A DNA stretch of 41,300 bases from Spirogloea muscicola (Eukaryota): contig WELB01000002.1 in NCBI GenBank assembly GCA_009602725.1, positions 1,761,194-1,802,493 on the forward strand. Direction: 5' to 3'. The notes below the pieces were generated by a model. That model ran no database searches and had not been told where the DNA came from. It worked only from the letters and a program-made list of their open reading frames with translations. Shown piece after piece: positions 36,847-41,300 of this stretch (positions are counted from its first letter, which is position 1; the number at the start of each line of letters is the position of its first letter). The translations under genes were made by a program, and so were the position numbers.

Positions 36847-39781
36847 GCGTGCGCGGCGGCGGAGGCGCGCGGCGTGGTGTCGGGCAACGCGACGCGCGAC
36901 GGCGCGCTGCGGGCGGCCTACGGCCCCGACTTCCTCTACGTCCACCTCGACGGCCCCCAGCGCCTGGCGCTCGTCAGCGACGGCGCCCACTACCGCGGCG
37001 CCTGCGCCTACGAGGTGCCGCCGCCGCCTTTGTACCGAAACCCTAATGACTGACAAACCGATCGATTAATCGAAGGCCGAAGTGGCCAAGCAAAACGGCG
37101 AGCACATCTGATGACTTGCATTGCCCACCGCAACCTGACCCGCTCAGTAACCACGGGTCAGCACATAATGGTCGCTAATCGATGCCTGAATACTAGACGA
37201 AGGGTTTGGGGTTTAGGGTCGGGCAGCCGCCGAGACTCACCACCCTCAGCCTGCCATGCTTCTCCTAGCAGATTGCGCATCTGGGTGCCCCACAGTATAT
37301 GGCAGTCTGGAGTCTTAAGCAAGCCCTGTGCCACCAACTCGGGCACTGTCTGTCGCTGATTGATGGGGACCTGCAGCAGTGTTGAGTCGTAGTGGCAGCC
37401 ACGACGACTCATCACCCTCAGACTGCCAAGTTGCTCCTAGCGATGGCTCATCTGGGTACCCACAATACTTGGGTTCTGAAGCGAGCCTTGTTACAACGGG
37501 CACTGTCTGTTCTCTACTTGATGGGGACCTGCAGCCGAGCAGGTCACCATTGGCCCTCTGCCGGGGAGCCTAGGCGGCCACAGGTCCAGCGGGCGGCGTG
37601 ATGCTATCCTCACTCCCCCAGCCACTCGCTTGTGGCAGTTCCCGTTCCACATCGCAGTCCCAGGCGAGTATCGGGTCTCCATCCAGCTGCTGTACGTCAA
37701 CTACGACGGCGTGCAGGAGACGCTGGACTACTGGCCGCCGCTTCTGAACATACCCGTCATCGAGGACTGGCTGCTGGAGGTCTGCCCTGTTGTCTACAAG
37801 TCGGCGTTTGCCGGAGGTAAGTGGCAGACAAGCAGCATATGAGCTCCCAGCTCCACACAAGTTAAGGTCTGCAAGATGGTGGTAGTTGCCTGACTACTTT
37901 TCCCTATATACGTCTAAAATATGAGCTCAACCACTTCTTGTGAGCACTTTGCTTGAGGCGCAAAGGTCTTGCCTGAGGGGCTGCGTCTGATCCAGAGCTT
38001 ACTTCACTTCCTCAATGCTTGCCAAATTAGCGGACGGGGCCTCCGCTCTATCATCACAAAAAGCAGCGATATCTGTCACAGCTGTGATTCGTATTCGTGA
38101 CGTGTGACATGTGGTCACGCTTCAGGTCCAGCCAAATTCAACGAGCTGCTGAACGAGTTCGTGGCGCGGCAGGCTCGGAGCACGACGGCGCAGTACTTCT
38201 TGGACCCGCTCTTGCCTGCGCTCCAGGCCATTGACGGCGGGCGGCAGCCAGCGCTGGATGAGTCCAGTCTGCCAGCCTGCGATGCTATCATGCCCGCGCC
38301 CGGCGTCTGGCTGCGACTGCCTGAGGGCGTGGCACAGGGCCGCGGCGGCGACGATCTTGTGGACTACGCGCTTGGCAAGTACATCTGGCTTTCCGTCAAC
38401 TGCCGCACGACCGTGCGCTCGCCCCAAAGGTGCACAGCGTGTGCACGACCTTGTGGACCAGAGGTGTCACGTTGGTTTGCATGACGGTCATCTGAGCTCA
38501 GGACACAAGGTGGCACATACTGAAGACACGGCATTGATTGCTATAGGTGCTTCAGAGGTCAATACGAGTGAGCAGCTGGCTGCTACGTAAGCTGGCAAGC
38601 AGCGTAGCAGCCAGTCGTGACGCTTGACACTACGACCTCTGTCTGCATCCGTCTTGCCCAGTTGGACAACACCAAGTCGAGATATTTAGATCTATTGCTC
38701 CTCGGCAACATTAGACCCTGTCTTCATCTGTTACTGTGCCATATGGCCTAACGATAGGCCACCTCAGCAGGTGACTGTTGTGGCGTCATCTGTGCAGCCT
38801 GAGCAGCTGCAGGAGCAAGGACCTCAACCTCACATTTGTGGGCGACAGCCACGTGCGCGTGGCCATGTGCACACTGCGGGATTACCTGCGGAGCACGCCG
38901 GTGGGCAGCATCAACTTCGACTTCTCAAAGGTCCGGGAGCGGCGGGATGCCATTGGACCCTTCAAGCTGCATTTCCTGTGGGACCCGTTTTTCAGCTTTG
39001 TAATGGATGCCGACGATGCCGCCTGGGACGCCATCGACGTCCTCTACTTCGGCATTGGCCACCACCCTGCATCAGCTGCCCACTGGTCGACCGGTGCGGC
39101 ACAGGAACCCTCCTTGCTGGCGCACTCATGTCACGACTTCGTAGTTCCAATACCACTATGTTCTGGACCTCTGGAGTGTTGTTAGAAATATATGCGATTG
39201 TAATGCCCAGCTTGTGTCCCAAGCCCTCAGCTGGTACCTCGACTTGTCGCTTGCAAGACGGCCTTCAGACATGTACCTGCAGAACGTCACGGCTGCCGTC
39301 AAGCGCCTCACCGACGTTAGAGCAGCCCGCGAGCTCGCGCACCCCAATCGACCGCTGAAGATCATATTCCACGGCCTGCCGTGCGTTCCCGGCTTCCGGA
39401 CTGACGACTTTGTCGTGCGTTACAAGGACTGGCGGACCGTTAACCGGATGCAATATTGGAACTCTTTGACTAGAGAGGTGAAAGGGCGCACACATCCCCC
39501 CTTTCACCTGTGTGACGCCCGACACCCGCTTATAGTTACGCTTCCTACGATCCACATCCTGTCCTGCCTCATCCAACATGAAAAACTTTTTGACGTGTGG
39601 CGTTTCTTTCCACCAGATCATGACTGCCAATCACATCGCGGTTATAAGCTCTTTTGAGATCTCCCTCCCCATGATGCGAACCTCTCGGGACCTGGCCCAC
39701 TATATCCGCAACGACGCCGGCAACGCTATGCTAGCCGAAACGATGCACAAGATAGGGATGTGCGATGTCAGCAAAAGCTGA
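36847..39781 (+). CDS. NXPE / PC-esterase-like SGNH-fold protein (putative glycan O-acetyl esterase/transferase); start hidden at N 36846
   Basis: Exons <36847-37014 (GPDFLYVHLDGP), 37639-37816 (FHIAVPGEYRVSIQLLY, Ig-like), 38126-38429 (PGVW...YIWLSVNC), 38798-39093 (LNLTFVGDSHVR, GDS motif; GIGHHP...HW), 39269-39477, 39617-39781 (SRDLAHY, DxxH motif). All junctions in phase. Confidence 0.72.
37222..37535 (+). repeat. Diverged tandem duplication (~150-bp units) in an intron
   Basis: 37222-37377 and 37394-37535 share gactca(c/t)caccctcag(c/a)ctgcca, ctcctagc, catctgggt, cgggcactgtctgt and ttgatggggacctgcagc in the same order. Confidence 0.85.
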
Positions 39782-40226
39782 TGGCTGGGTGACTCCCAAG
39801 CGCCGGTACTAATGCTGTGACATCCCACCTTAATTAGAGATGTAATAATATGTGACAGTGAGACTGTCTTAGTCCATCACCACACATTCTTGCAGTTGAG
39901 CGCAGTGCCAACCTTGAGAGCTCCTCAAATGGCTACCTCAACTTGTTCCTACACAAGGCATCCACTCGACTTGCTCTTCTGCGCACCAATTTGTGCGTAC
40001 ACATTATTTCATTTATAAGGCTCAACCACATCACATTGTTAGACCTACAGTACAGTGGGAGCTGCAAATGGACAGTCAAGGGCACAACTCAGTCCACCGC
40101 CGCCCTTAATTGCATATGGTCGAATGCACAGGCACATGCTACCAAGTAGGCGGTGCACCATCGTCGTGTCCACACGACTCTGGCTAGCATGCAGTGGCAG
40201 AAGATGTTGCTCACTGCTCGAGGGGT

Positions 40227-41300
40227 TCAGAGTTGCAGGTTCCACGTGACACGTAGCTGCTCCCAGGCAGGAAAGACCTTCAGCGTGGCAGTCAGAGCAG
40301 CGCGCCGCTTGGCTACGACAGGCGGGTCCTCAGCCGCTGCAGCCGGCGAAGCTTCAGGGGCGCCCTTGGTCGCAACAACCAGGCGGGGGTGCTTCCACCT
40401 CCACTCGAACTGGAAGGCTGGTACCATCATCACGCCTCAGCGCCTCAGCATGCGACACAGTCAAGAGTGGCTGGAGCACACTCTGCTGAAGAAGTGAGCC
40501 GCTCTTGCACAATGGCGTGCTTATGACCAAGCGCTGCTGATAAATTTCATGGACAACCCCACAACTCATTACCTTCGCTGCGGGTGAGGAACCCATAGAC
40601 ACAGCAGAGCACTCCCCACGGCCGCCCAGTTCGTGTTGACGCGGCGCCGCCTGCGTGCTGCCCGTTGTGCTGCCGGAGCCTGCCGCCATTAAGGACTGGG
40701 TCAGCCACGACGACTACAACAAGACTTCTGGACAACTACAGTCAAGATGCAGTTAGCAACACGTGTGAAGTCAAGCCGCAGCAATGTGATGTGATATGAT
40801 GTGGGTCCCGTAGCATGCAAGATTGAGTCAGTACTCATGCGAGTTGCTGCAATTTCCAATTATCTTTGGTGGGTAATGTAAGGTCCCGAAGCTGGTAATG
40901 GCCGCACACGCAGGACAGCCCGCTCGCTGCAGGGATGCTCAAGAGCTCGGCAATTTGGGGCCCTGCGACGGCCGCGCTCTGCAGGCGGAGGCTCCGTGCC
41001 CACACAGCGTGGGTTTAAGATTTACGGTTAGGGTTTAGGATTTAGAGTTTAGTGTTCACGGGTTTAGGGGTTTAGGTTTCAAGGGTTTAGGAGTTCACAA
41101 TTCAAGGGTTAGGATTTAGGGTTAGGGTTCAGAGCTTAGGCAGAGGCGGCGGCGCCCGAGTGCCCACCTGCGGTCGAGGTCCGTGGTGACGCCCACGTAG
41201 GTGCGGTCGCGCGCGGCGGACAGGAGGAGGTACACGCACCAGCCGTCGTCGGCGTTGGCCGAGGCCTGGCGGCGCGGCGCCGCCGCCGCCGCAGAGCCGG
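40227..41300 (-). CDS. SLX1-like GIY-YIG endonuclease (short plant type); start beyond the window's right edge
   Basis: Exons 41168->41300 (WCVYLLLSAARDRTYVGVTTDLDRR), 40573-40679 (LRQHNGQHAGGAASTRTGRPWGVLCCVYGF), 40227-40417 (AFQFEWRWKH...*). No C-terminal RING is seen. Confidence 0.9.
41010..41140 (-). repeat. Degenerate telomere-repeat array in an intron of the GIY-YIG gene
   Basis: About a dozen imperfect TTTAGGG/TTAGGG/TTTAGGA units on the + strand. Confidence 0.85.

Noticed and set aside
41010..41140. True chromosome end
   Set aside because: The repeats are degenerate and lie inside an intron, with coding sequence on both sides.

Overview
Eukaryotic nuclear DNA, GC-rich and intron-dense, most consistent with a streptophyte (plant-lineage) green alga. 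The taxon is inferred from plant-type COP10, MIP3 and ARID-HSP20 orthologues and from TTTAGGG motifs. I could splice ten multi-exon genes by hand with largely consistent reading phases: a type II membrane protein, possibly a glycosyltransferase (- strand, runs off the left edge); COX11 (-); ARL1 (+); ARID/HSP20-domain protein (-); Rad7-like LRR protein (+); a secreted right-handed beta-helix protein (-); Sec1-family MIP3/SCFD2 (+); COP10 E2 variant (+); an NXPE/PC-esterase-like SGNH protein (+); and an SLX1-like GIY-YIG nuclease (-, runs off the right edge). Most ORFs in the supplied track are GC-driven or intron read-through artefacts. The least explained feature is a non-coding modular repeat family. 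It forms two patchwork clusters (about 3.5-7.1 kb and 24.2-26.7 kb) plus a solo copy near 32.55 kb, built from shuffled ~50-190 bp blocks in both orientations and carrying a recurring CTCA-N11-TGAG motif. Each cluster lies just upstream of a (GA)n/(GGGA)n tract that precedes a predicted secretory-pathway gene. Other points: degenerate telomere-repeat arrays in 5' introns, CpG-island-like gene 5' ends, two GC-AG introns, and an acceptor that is also a perfect donor. All protein identities come from remembered motifs, not from a database search. The window contains two N runs and four single-N placeholders.
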